Assembly (NCBI GenBank): GCA_965222605.1
Contig: OZ244960.1
Coordinates: forward strand, 4,032,001-4,096,000
From: Candidatus Latescibacterota bacterium
Lineage (GTDB): Bacteria > Latescibacterota > UBA2968
Reading direction: 5' to 3'
Length of the DNA stretch: 64,000 nucleotides
The notes beneath the pieces were generated by a model that did no database searches, had not been told where the DNA came from, and saw only the letters and a list, made by a program, of their open reading frames with translations. How positions within the stretch are numbered: position 1 is the first letter of the stretch; the number at the start of each line of letters is the position of its first letter. Shown here one piece after another: positions 46,534 through 55,380 of this stretch. The translations under genes were made by a program, and so were the position numbers.

Positions 46534-47921
46534 CCAGACGCCTCTCCATCGGTCAGCAAACGCCGCCCTGCTTCGATCTGTCTCAAAACAGAATCGCGTC
46601 CTGTTCCGCCATCCAGATTGCGCTGTGCTGTACTGGCTTCTGTGGACAAAATTGCTTGCACATCGGTATCGAATACCTCAGATGCTGCGCGCAATGTCTG
46701 CATGTCCAATTCTTCTAACTTTTGCCCACGCGCCAGAGCAGTTCTTACCAGTTCCCCAACGATGCGGTGACATTTGCGAAAAGGCACGCCCTTTCGCACC
46801 AGATAATCGGCCAGGTCGGTGGCTAAAATGGTGCCATCTATTGCATCGGCCATCCGCTCGCCTTTAATTTTCATGGTCTGCCATACACCTGCGAAGACAG
46901 ACAGGGACATCTGTACGGTTTCTGCGGTATCGAAGACGGGTTCTTTGTCTTCTTGCATATCTTTGGCATACGCCAGTGATACGCCTTTCATCACGGTGAG
47001 CAGAGACATCGTGTTGCCGTACACGCGTCCTGTTTTGCCGCGCACCAGTTCCAGTGAATCGGGGTTCTTTTTTTGCGGCATCATGCTCGATCCGGTGCTG
47101 AAGGCATCGTCCAATTCGATAAATCCAAATTCAGAAGACGACCAGATAATCAGATCTTCGCAAAATCGGCTCAAGTGCCCCATCAATATGGATGACGCCG
47201 ACAAATACTCCAGGAAATAATCGCGGTCACTGACTGCATCAATGCTGTTTTCAGTGATGCGATCAAACCCCAGTTCCTCGCGCAGAAATTCTCGATCAAC
47301 CGGGTACGCACTTCCCGCCAACGCGCCCGATCCCAGGGGCATGGCATTTGCGCGTTTCCAACAGTCTTCAAACCGCGAGCGGTCGCGTGACAACATCCAG
47401 AACAGGGCCATGGCATAATGCGAAAATCGGATCGGTTGTGCCTGTTGCACGTGCGTATATCCCGGCATTACGACATCGAGATGCGCTTCGGCAACATCTA
47501 AGACCACGCCCATTACCTGCTCGATCTGCGCGAGTGTGTTGGCGACTGCCTCGCGCAAGAACAGACGCTCGTCCAGGGCGATTTGATCGTTGCGACTGCG
47601 TCCTGTGTGAATTTTCGCGCCGGCATCGCCCGCCAATTCCGTCAAGCGCTTTTCCACTGCGGTGTGTATGTCTTCCAGATCATCCGTCAATGGCAAAGTG
47701 CCCGCGTCGAGTTCACGCTCCACACGATTTAGACCTTTGAGGATGCGTTCCTGTTCCTGTTTTGTCAAGACACCCATTCGGGCCAATGCGCGGGCTTGCG
47801 CTCGGCTGCCTTCAATATCCATTTTGTACAAACGCCGATCAAAACTAATGGATGCATTGAACTTTTCCATTAGTTTTTCAGTCGATCCCGCAAATCGCCC
47901 TCCCCAGAGCTTTTCAGCCAT
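46530..47921 (-). CDS. argH: Argininosuccinate lyase
   Basis: KLWGGRF, HTGRSRNDQ, MPGYTH and GSSMMPQKKNPD. RBS GAGAGG before the ATG at 47921. Confidence 0.97.
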   Translation of the reverse strand: MAEKLWGGRFAGSTEKLMEKFNASISFDRRLYKMDIEGSRAQARALARMGVLTKQEQERILKGLNRVERELDAGTLPLTDDLEDIHTAVEKRLTELAGDAGAKIHTGRSRNDQIALDERLFLREAVANTLAQIEQVMGVVLDVAEAHLDVVMPGYTHVQQAQPIRFSHYAMALFWMLSRDRSRFEDCWKRANAMPLGSGALAGSAYPVDREFLREELGFDRITENSIDAVSDRDYFLEYLSASSILMGHLSRFCEDLIIWSSSEFGFIELDDAFSTGSSMMPQKKNPDSLELVRGKTGRVYGNTMSLLTVMKGVSLAYAKDMQEDKEPVFDTAETVQMSLSVFAGVWQTMKIKGERMADAIDGTILATDLADYLVRKGVPFRKCHRIVGELVRTALARGQKLEELDMQTLRAASEVFDTDVQAILSTEASTAQRNLDGGTGRDSVLRQIEAGRRLLTDGEASG

Positions 47922-47945
47922 GGCGCATTTCCTCTCAACAGAGCC

Positions 47946-48170
47946 GTCATCGCGGCATGGTCCCCTGCTTAAACCATGCAGGAGCAGGGCCGAGCCGCGA
48001 TCCAGATTTTTGCCTGTCATTGTGGCATGGTTCCCTGCTTAAACCATACAGAGCCTGCCCTTGAGGGGGTTAATCAAGGGGGCAAGGCCGAACCGCCACG
48101 CCGCAGGCACAACGTCAGTAATCCAGAAGGTTTTGGTTGTCATTGCGGCATGGTTTTAGCCGCAATCCAG
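47946..48170. repeat. Cluster of three GTCATYGYGGC...ATCCAG palindromic (REP/RPE-like) units with nested inserts
   Basis: Units at 47946-48005, 48015-48126 and 48139-48170. The first two share the insert CCCTGCTTAAACCAT. Confidence 0.75.
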
Positions 48171-48231
48171 CCTGTCAAATAAAAATAACAAATATTAGCG
48201 AATTTTTTTCAAAGGCCAATAACTACTCCGC

Positions 48232-48972
48232 TCACTGAAATTTAGCGAGCACAGTTCCCAGTTCGCGGAGAGAATTGTTGCGTGATAATGTGTGTCGGTC
48301 AATGAGCACATGTTCAGCTACTTCGGGTGACATGTTTTCACGATACTGCTGCCTTCTGATATTTCTGTGAGGCAGGTTTGGATTGAGTGCAAGCAGTATT
48401 TTTTCAGATAACTCAATCAAGTATTCTTTAGCACCTCTGCCTCCTGTTTCCGCTTCGACGATGTATTCCGTATTACCTTTTTGATAACGCCGGACCAATT
48501 GTGTAAACGGTCGGTTTTCGGAAACGCGATCACGGCAATTTTCCCTGTACTGTGCGACTTTGCTGGCGAAATAACAGAAAATCCCCAGACAATCAATCAA
48601 CAACCACGCTTCAAGTTCTTGGACAGCAGGTGCGAGAAATACTTTGCCAGTAAAACGGCTGTTCTCAACAACCCGCGTGATCTGATTGATAAGGGAATTG
48701 GGTTCTTGTCGTCGTTGATGTGCTGACATCGGCCCATCTCTGTCGATAACGAAAATAACACAATCATCTTGTTTGAGATAATTCTGAACTGCCATCCCCA
48801 GTATATCGCTTGGAGATGCACCTCTTTGATTTCGCTTTGGGACTGCCTGTGGACCTACAGTTTGGATAGATAGATTCTCAAGTTCCAGATGTCTCACCAG
48901 CTTATTTGCCAAACATTTGACCGCTTTGGCATCAATATCTGATTCCAAAGTCCAGATTCTTATGTTTGGCAC
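48232..48972 (-). CDS. TOPRIM-like DUF4276/RloB-like protein
   Basis: LESDID, VIDRDG and ELEAWLL motifs. Overlaps the ATPase stop. Confidence 0.65.
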   Translation of the reverse strand: MPNIRIWTLESDIDAKAVKCLANKLVRHLELENLSIQTVGPQAVPKRNQRGASPSDILGMAVQNYLKQDDCVIFVIDRDGPMSAHQRRQEPNSLINQITRVVENSRFTGKVFLAPAVQELEAWLLIDCLGIFCYFASKVAQYRENCRDRVSENRPFTQLVRRYQKGNTEYIVEAETGGRGAKEYLIELSEKILLALNPNLPHRNIRRQQYRENMSPEVAEHVLIDRHTLSRNNSLRELGTVLAKFQ

Positions 48973-50153
48973 GCCGATCCCTCCACGAAATCTGGTAGCA
49001 ATTCACTATCAAAAATGGCACTGCCAATTCCGAAATCCGTAATCCAACCATCCAGTGCTGTTTGGTCACCGCGGATATTCTCAAGGTTGATGACTTCTGT
49101 ACCGAGTCCGGGAACATTGCGTAAGAGTAAAACACCGAGCGAATTCGATAAGTTGTCAGAGTTAAAGGCATCAAGAAGTTGAGAACTATGGGTTGTGATA
49201 ATCACCTGAGAGTGTTCGGAAATTTGCTCAAGAACATTTGCAATATCCGCCAAAGCACCAGGATGTAGATTCCGCTCCGGTTCTTCGATAGCAATAAGCG
49301 GCGGCAATACAGGTTCGTTAAGTAAGACATAATATGCAACGAGACGCAATGTGCCATCAGATGCTCTCTTCAAAGGTATCGGTTGCTCGTATCCTTCTAA
49401 AAGGCAGAGCTGGTTATCTCCGTCAATTTTGTTTTGAGCTATTCTGATATTTGTAGAAGCCGCGAGAGATTCACTAACGCTTTGGAAACGCTCTGGTGTA
49501 TTCTCGTGCCAGTACGAGAGTAGTGCCGATAATGTCGAACCATCATCATCGAGTTTTGGAGATTCGCGCAACTCTTTCAATGAGGTATTCTCTATTATAA
49601 ATGGGAATCCCCCTGAATACCTTCGCATGTATTCAGGTCGAAAGTCGTAAAATTCCCAACCCTTTATAAACTCCGTTAAGATACTTGTATTGGGCTTGTA
49701 GCCATAATCGCCCGCTGACTTCAAAGCGAGTTTATTAGACTTGTAGGATGTCAGGTTTTCGCCATTTTCATCCTTAACTTGGCCCTGTCCGTCCTGGATA
49801 GATATGACTTTTACAGATTTAACCAATAATTCTTCGGCAACAAAAGGATTATTGACCTCCGCTTTTAGCTTCAGTTTGTATAGAGTTGGGGTTTCTTCCA
49901 CTTTAGCTTGCAATTGGAAAGTGATTTGGTTTGCCTCACCTGCCCAAAGGCGATCTTGGATAAATTCAACTGGGGGCAATTCTTCAGCAGTTATCACCTT
50001 ATTGAGAAGTCTCAAGGCATTCAAGATATTCGATTTCCCACTCGCATTGGGTCCGACAAGAACTGTCAAAGGCTTTAGCGGAAGCTCAACATCGCGCAAG
50101 CTAAGAAAGTTTTTGATGTGAACTTTCTCTAAGAATGCTTTCTCTTTAGACAT
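48960..50153 (-). CDS. ABC-type ATPase (AAA_15/AAA_21), defence-associated
   Basis: GPNASGKSN Walker A, ASDGTLR signature, IEEPERNLHP Walker B/D-loop, TTHS H-loop. Confidence 0.88.
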   Translation of the reverse strand: MSKEKAFLEKVHIKNFLSLRDVELPLKPLTVLVGPNASGKSNILNALRLLNKVITAEELPPVEFIQDRLWAGEANQITFQLQAKVEETPTLYKLKLKAEVNNPFVAEELLVKSVKVISIQDGQGQVKDENGENLTSYKSNKLALKSAGDYGYKPNTSILTEFIKGWEFYDFRPEYMRRYSGGFPFIIENTSLKELRESPKLDDDGSTLSALLSYWHENTPERFQSVSESLAASTNIRIAQNKIDGDNQLCLLEGYEQPIPLKRASDGTLRLVAYYVLLNEPVLPPLIAIEEPERNLHPGALADIANVLEQISEHSQVIITTHSSQLLDAFNSDNLSNSLGVLLLRNVPGLGTEVINLENIRGDQTALDGWITDFGIGSAIFDSELLPDFVEGSACQT

Positions 50154-50271
50154 GGCTATTTCCCTTTCTTGATTTCAGACATTGTCCTTAATGGGCATGG
50201 CCTCTATTCTTTTTATGCGCCAGTCGTCGGGCAATTCTGAGCAGATCATGCGGGTTCAAAGTATCGGCCTT

Positions 50272-51462
50272 TTATTGAGAGAGCGGACAAATTCCATTAA
50301 CCTGGATAATATAGCCCTGACGGCGCTGCCCTTTGAAATGGACCTGTAACTGATTTGGATTCAGAAGTTGCAAATCTAATTGCAATATATCTTCAACCGT
50401 GTTTGAAAGTTTCAAATAGAGTGCCGAGGTCAAACGGGTAAATTTCTGGAATCTCTGGGGCATGTCTCCAAAAGATCGATAAAGATTCGGGAGTGGTGAT
50501 TCTTGAATTTGTAGTCCAGGCTCATATGAAGATGAAGTTCCACCTTGAATAAAAGATTCCAACAGAGAGTCATTGGCAAATTCTGCGAAACCGACTTGAT
50601 TGGAATACCCCAATTTTTCATCAAGTAGGATTCTTTTTGCACGCATCTCGGCAATCTGATCCGGTGAAATATTATTGTACGCTATCTCCCCTAAAGGACC
50701 AAAATTTTGCTTTTCACTATTTTCCTTTAGAACGACTTCCCAAACAGTTTGAGAGCCGGATGTGATCTGAACAGCAGACTGAGGACTTACCCAGGCGGCA
50801 TCTTCTTGTAGCGCAAAAGCCAACTTATCATGAGAGAAACGGTTACTAAGATTGCTCCTCAATGAGCGGAGAAAGGCAGTCTCTTCGGGCGATTCAGGAA
50901 GAAGTTCAAGAGAAATTTCTGTTGAATCCCAGTGTGCATCTTGAAATGGAATGAAATACTGTTTTCCATCTGACAGACGAAACAGCACAAATTCGCTGAG
51001 ATTACTCTCGACTGCGGTGGAGTTCAATATTTCAGTTGGTGTGATCTGCGATGTTGATCCCGACAGCTTTTCTGCCAAAATTTGATAAATTTCTTCAATG
51101 GACATTGAGCGTAAATCAAGATACCCGAGTGTTCCCAAAATTCCTGGAATCTCCGTATCGTCAAGACGGATAGGAAGAATATATTCCTTGTTTTCCTCCA
51201 ATGCTCTTGCCTGAGCACTTTGACGTTCGTGTTTCGTCCACAACTTTCGTGCATAATGTTCAGATAAGAACATGACACAGTAGCGTGCTTGATCCTTGTA
51301 AATCGATGCCAAGTGATCATACAGATTTTTGCCCCAAAGCTGTGCCATCTCATCGTCGTCGTAAAAGACTGAATATCCTCCCGATTCGAGAAGATTCCGT
51401 AACTTCTCAGCATAATGTCGATCTTCTCCTGCGAAAGATAAGGTAACATCATATTTTTTCAT
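50272..51462 (-). CDS. TIR-domain protein (TcpC/TcpB-like N-terminal TIR) with an unknown C-terminal domain
   Basis: YDVTLSFAGEDR...VFYD...LWGKNL...WTKHER...YILPIRLD. Confidence 0.85.
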   Translation of the reverse strand: MKKYDVTLSFAGEDRHYAEKLRNLLESGGYSVFYDDDEMAQLWGKNLYDHLASIYKDQARYCVMFLSEHYARKLWTKHERQSAQARALEENKEYILPIRLDDTEIPGILGTLGYLDLRSMSIEEIYQILAEKLSGSTSQITPTEILNSTAVESNLSEFVLFRLSDGKQYFIPFQDAHWDSTEISLELLPESPEETAFLRSLRSNLSNRFSHDKLAFALQEDAAWVSPQSAVQITSGSQTVWEVVLKENSEKQNFGPLGEIAYNNISPDQIAEMRAKRILLDEKLGYSNQVGFAEFANDSLLESFIQGGTSSSYEPGLQIQESPLPNLYRSFGDMPQRFQKFTRLTSALYLKLSNTVEDILQLDLQLLNPNQLQVHFKGQRRQGYIIQVNGICPLSQ

Positions 51463-51525
51463 TTTTTATACTCCAAAATACATTCTAAAATTTGATTCGC
51501 CTTCACTATGGCAATTACTCCCTAA

Positions 51526-51553
51526 ATTATACTATACATCTGTTTAGTGTCAA
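51526..51553 (-). promoter_or_regulatory. Consensus sigma70 promoter for the TIR-ATPase-TOPRIM genes
   Basis: Minus strand TTGACA-16 nt-TATAAT. Confidence 0.75.
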
Positions 51554-51627
51554 GACCTCATTAAAAATTTGGAATTCCAATACAAAACCACTTTCATAAT
51601 ATCCAATTTTCTGCTCGTTGGTGTCCG

Positions 51628-52911
51628 TCATTGTTGCATCAGCATCGCCGCAATGTCTTCCGGCAACTTCACACCATATCTCTGCTCAAATTCCTCAACA
51701 TTTTCGTAATCATTACAAAATGCCGCGATAATATCCACACCCCTGCTCTTGGCAATTGTCAGGTCTGATCTGGTTCCTTGCCAATTTTGTAAGTGCAGCC
51801 AACACATACCACGATTGCAATAGGCCAAGGCAAGCTCTGGATCCAGTTCTATCGCCTTACTATAGTCTGCGATAGCACGGTCAATTTCGCCTTTGCTGTC
51901 GTAAGCAATGCCGCGATTGTTATAGGCCACGTCAAGCTCTGGATTTAGTTTTATGGCCCTGTTGTAGTTCTCGATAGCACGATCAATCTCGCCTTTGATG
52001 CCGTAAATAGTACCGCGATAGTAATAGACTTCAGCAAGCTCTGGATTCAGTTCTATGGCCCTGTTGTAGTTCTCGATGGCACGATCAATCTCGCCTTTGA
52101 TGCCGTAAGCAATGCCGCGATTGTTATAGGCATCAGCATCATTTGGATTTAGTTGTATTGCCTTGTTATAGTCTGCGATGGCTCGGTCATATATGCCTTT
52201 ACTGAGGTAAATATTTCCGCGATTGTTATAGGTATCAGCAAGCTCTGGATTCAGTTCTATCGCCTTGTTGCAGTCTTCGATAGCTCGGTCAACCTCACCT
52301 TTGCCGAGATAAGCAATGCTGCGATTGTTATAGGTAGCGACATAGCGTGGATTGATTTTCGTTACATGTGAGTAGGCTTCTATTGCCTTGTCGATTTGCC
52401 CTATCATCATTAGAAAGTTACCCTGTTGAAATATCCATACATGTAATGTTTCTTCTTGGGCACTATCAGATGCTTGAGCGCGTATTTTGTCAACAACACT
52501 TCGGAGACCCGCTACTACATTTTGCCAGCCTTTGCTCTCAGGTTGCCATTCATTAATAGGCTTGCCTTGATCAGGAAGAGCTTGGATGTCGCTGAGTTGA
52601 TGATTTTGCCAATCGCAATCCTCAAGGATAATGGGGATGGTTCGTATCTTTCCGATTAATGCTTCTGCCAATTCCTTATTGCAATTTTCAGAGGTAAGAC
52701 TTGCAGCAGAAACGAGGTAGAGCAGAATGTCTGAATCGTCAAGGTTTTTGGAAATTTCTTCACGCCATCTGTCGCCTGGGAGGATCTCGTTATCGTGCCA
52801 AATCGTTATCAACTTATTTCGTACCATTACACCAAGGCGACCTATCAATGTGTTCTTTGCCGCTTTATCTTTATGTGAATAAGTAATGAATACTTTTAGA
52901 GGTTCGCTCAT
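51628..52911 (-). CDS. TIR-TPR protein (about 7 TPRs)
   Basis: KVFITYSHKD...WHDNEILPGD...SENCNKEL TIR domain, then YNNRG...AIELNP repeats. Confidence 0.9.
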   Translation of the reverse strand: MSEPLKVFITYSHKDKAAKNTLIGRLGVMVRNKLITIWHDNEILPGDRWREEISKNLDDSDILLYLVSAASLTSENCNKELAEALIGKIRTIPIILEDCDWQNHQLSDIQALPDQGKPINEWQPESKGWQNVVAGLRSVVDKIRAQASDSAQEETLHVWIFQQGNFLMMIGQIDKAIEAYSHVTKINPRYVATYNNRSIAYLGKGEVDRAIEDCNKAIELNPELADTYNNRGNIYLSKGIYDRAIADYNKAIQLNPNDADAYNNRGIAYGIKGEIDRAIENYNRAIELNPELAEVYYYRGTIYGIKGEIDRAIENYNRAIKLNPELDVAYNNRGIAYDSKGEIDRAIADYSKAIELDPELALAYCNRGMCWLHLQNWQGTRSDLTIAKSRGVDIIAAFCNDYENVEEFEQRYGVKLPEDIAAMLMQQ

Positions 52912-53056
52912 CCCCTTTCCTCCATTATCGGGACCGCGTATTATTGCCGCCGCAAATAGGGGTCAACTCACCCAGTTCAAATTCTACTTGTTTCAGCACG
53001 CTCAGGTTTTTCACGCTTATGTTCATATCGTCCCTCTATTGGTACTATTTCTTTCG

Positions 53057-55252
53057 TCACCCTTGTGTCAGCATCGCCGCGATGTCTTCCGGCAACTTCA
53101 CACCATATCTCCGCTCAAATTCCTCAACATTTTTGTAATTGTCGCGAAATACTGCGATAATATCCATGCCCTTGTTCTTGGCAACTTTCAAGTCTAATCT
53201 GGTTTCTTGCCAATTTTGCAAGTGCAGCCAACACATACCGCGATTGTAATAGGTCAGAGCAAACTCTGGTTTCAGTTTTATTGCTTTGTTGTAATCCGCG
53301 ATGGCTTTGTTGTAATCTGTGGTAGCACGGTCATACGCGCCTTTGATAAAATACATATTGCCGCGATTGTGATAGACTTCAGCGTAATTTGGGTTTAACC
53401 TTATTGCCCTGTTATAGTCTGCCTGGGCTTGGTTATACTTACGTTTTCTGCCGTAAGCATTGCCGCGATTGTAATAGACTTGGGCATCATCCGGTTTTAG
53501 TTCTATGGCCTTGCTGTAGTCTGCGATGGCTTGGTCATACATGCCTTTACTGAAGTAAATATTGCCTCGATTGATATAGGCTTCGGCAAGATCCGGTTTC
53601 AGTTCTAAAACCATGTTGCAGTCTGCGATAGCACGGTCATACGCGCCTTTACTGTTGTAAGCACTACCGCGATTGTAATAGGCTTGAGCGTAATCCGGTT
53701 TTAGTTCTATGGCCTTGCTGTAGTCTGCGATAGCACGATCAATCTCACCTTTGTCGCGGTAAGCATTGCCTCGATTGATATAGGCTTCGGCATAATCAGG
53801 TTTCAATTCTATGGCCATATTATAGTCTGCTATGGCCTGATCATACATGCCTTTACTGTTGTAAGCACTACCGCGCTCGTGATAGACTTCAGCGGAATTC
53901 GGATTTAATTTTATCGTCTTGTTATAGTCTGCGATGGCTTGGTCATACATGCCTTTACTGTTGTAAGCACTACCGCGATTGTAATAGGCCTGGATAAGAT
54001 CCGGGTTTAATTTTATCGCCTTGTTATAGTCTGTTATGGCTTGGTCATATGCGTCTTTACAGAAGTAAGCAATGCCGCGATTGTTATAGGCTGCGACAAA
54101 CTCTGGATTCAGTCGTATTGCTCCGCTATAGTCTGCGATGGCTTGGTCATACACGCCTTTTCTATCGTGTGCAATGCCGCGATTGTAATAGGCTAAGGCA
54201 TAATTTGGATTTAATTTTATCGCCTTGCTATGGTCAGCGATAGCACAGTCAATCTCGCCTTTGTCGCGGTAAGCATTGCCACGGTTATCATAGGCTTCGG
54301 CAAGCCCTGGATTTAGTTTTGTGGCTTTGTTGAATTCCTCAATGGCTTGGTCATACGCGCCTTTACCGAAGTAAGCATTGCCGCGATTGTGATAGGCGTT
54401 GGCCAATCTTAGGCGAAGAAGGATATGAACATACGATTGCACCGAAACAGCAATGCCGCGATTGTTATAGACTTCGGCAAGTTTTAGATTCAGTTCTATG
54501 GCCTTATTGTAGTCTGCAATAGCACGGTCATGCGCGCCTTTACCGAAATACGCAATGCCGCGATTGTTATAGGCATCGGCAAGCTCTGGTTCAAGTTCTA
54601 TGGCCTTGTTGCAGTCTGCGATAGCGCGGTCATATGCACCTTTGTTGAGATAAGCAGCACCGCGATTGTTATAGGTAGTGACAGAGTGTGGGTTGAGTTC
54701 AATTACATGTGAGTAGGCTTCTATCGCTTTGTCGATTTGCCTCAGCATTATCAGGAAATTACCTTGTTGAAATATCCATTCAGGTAATGTTTCTTGTTGC
54801 ACACTATCAGATGTCAGAGCTTGTATTTCACCAACGACATTTCGGAGACCCGCTACTACATTTTGCCAGCCTTTGCTCTCAGGTTGCCATTCATTAATAG
54901 GCTTGCCTTGATCGGGAAGGGCTTGGATGTCGCTGAGTTGATGATTTTGCCAATCACAATCCTCAAGAATAATGGGGAGGATTCTTATCTTTCGACTTAA
55001 TGCTTCTGCCAATTCCTTGTTACAGTTTTCAGAGGCAAGACTCGAAGAGGAGACGAGGTAGAGCAGAATGTCTGAATCGGCAAGGTTTTTAGAAATGTCT
55101 TCATACCACCTATCGCCCGGGAGGATTTCGTTATCGTGCCAAAGCGTTATTAAGTCGTTTTGTACCATTACATCAAGGCGTGTTTTTAATGTGTTTTTTG
55201 CCGCTTTATCTCTATGCGAATAAGTAATGAATACTTTAAGTCGCTCGTTCAT
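53057..55252 (-). CDS. TIR-TPR protein (about 16 TPRs), paralog of 51628-52911
   Basis: Near-identical TIR domain and C-terminal tail (RYGVKLPEDIAAML). The ATG at 55252 matches the paralog's start. Confidence 0.9.
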   Translation of the reverse strand: MNERLKVFITYSHRDKAAKNTLKTRLDVMVQNDLITLWHDNEILPGDRWYEDISKNLADSDILLYLVSSSSLASENCNKELAEALSRKIRILPIILEDCDWQNHQLSDIQALPDQGKPINEWQPESKGWQNVVAGLRNVVGEIQALTSDSVQQETLPEWIFQQGNFLIMLRQIDKAIEAYSHVIELNPHSVTTYNNRGAAYLNKGAYDRAIADCNKAIELEPELADAYNNRGIAYFGKGAHDRAIADYNKAIELNLKLAEVYNNRGIAVSVQSYVHILLRLRLANAYHNRGNAYFGKGAYDQAIEEFNKATKLNPGLAEAYDNRGNAYRDKGEIDCAIADHSKAIKLNPNYALAYYNRGIAHDRKGVYDQAIADYSGAIRLNPEFVAAYNNRGIAYFCKDAYDQAITDYNKAIKLNPDLIQAYYNRGSAYNSKGMYDQAIADYNKTIKLNPNSAEVYHERGSAYNSKGMYDQAIADYNMAIELKPDYAEAYINRGNAYRDKGEIDRAIADYSKAIELKPDYAQAYYNRGSAYNSKGAYDRAIADCNMVLELKPDLAEAYINRGNIYFSKGMYDQAIADYSKAIELKPDDAQVYYNRGNAYGRKRKYNQAQADYNRAIRLNPNYAEVYHNRGNMYFIKGAYDRATTDYNKAIADYNKAIKLKPEFALTYYNRGMCWLHLQNWQETRLDLKVAKNKGMDIIAVFRDNYKNVEEFERRYGVKLPEDIAAMLTQG

Positions 55253-55281
55253 TCTCTTTTCTCCATTGTCAGGATCGTGCG

Positions 55282-55308
55282 GATGAACTGTGGTCGCAGT
55301 TGTACACC
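55282..55308 (-). repeat. GGTGTACAAC...GTTCATC element (copy C)
   Basis: Minus strand GGTGTACAAC TGCGACCACA GTTCATC, preceded by TAAGC as in copy A. Confidence 0.8.
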
Positions 55309-55324
55309 GCTTACAAAATTGCAT

Positions 55325-55380
55325 GGATTAACAGGATTCAATCCTGCCCATCCTTTCATCCTGCAAATCCTGATTCAGAC
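55325..55380. repeat. ATCCT-periodic short repeat overlapping the methyltransferase stop
   Basis: AATCCTGCCCATCCTTTCATCCTGCAAATCCTGATTCAGAC, preceded by an inverted CAGGATT. Confidence 0.6.

Noticed and set aside
47922-48020. 33-aa N-terminal extension of ArgH in the ORF track
   Set aside because: It runs through the REP-like repeat. The RBS and conserved KLWGGRF support the ATG at 47921.
52959-52981. GGGGTCAACTCACCCAGTTCAAA as a sixth hairpin element
   Set aside because: It shares CAACT...AGTTCA and is intergenic, but it lacks GGTGTAC, is shorter and faces the opposite way to the genes. Too degenerate to count without a model.
50272-55252. Canonical Thoeris, CBASS or Pycsar system
   Set aside because: TIR domains are present but no ThsA (SIR2/Macro/SLOG), cyclase or STING partner is in the window.
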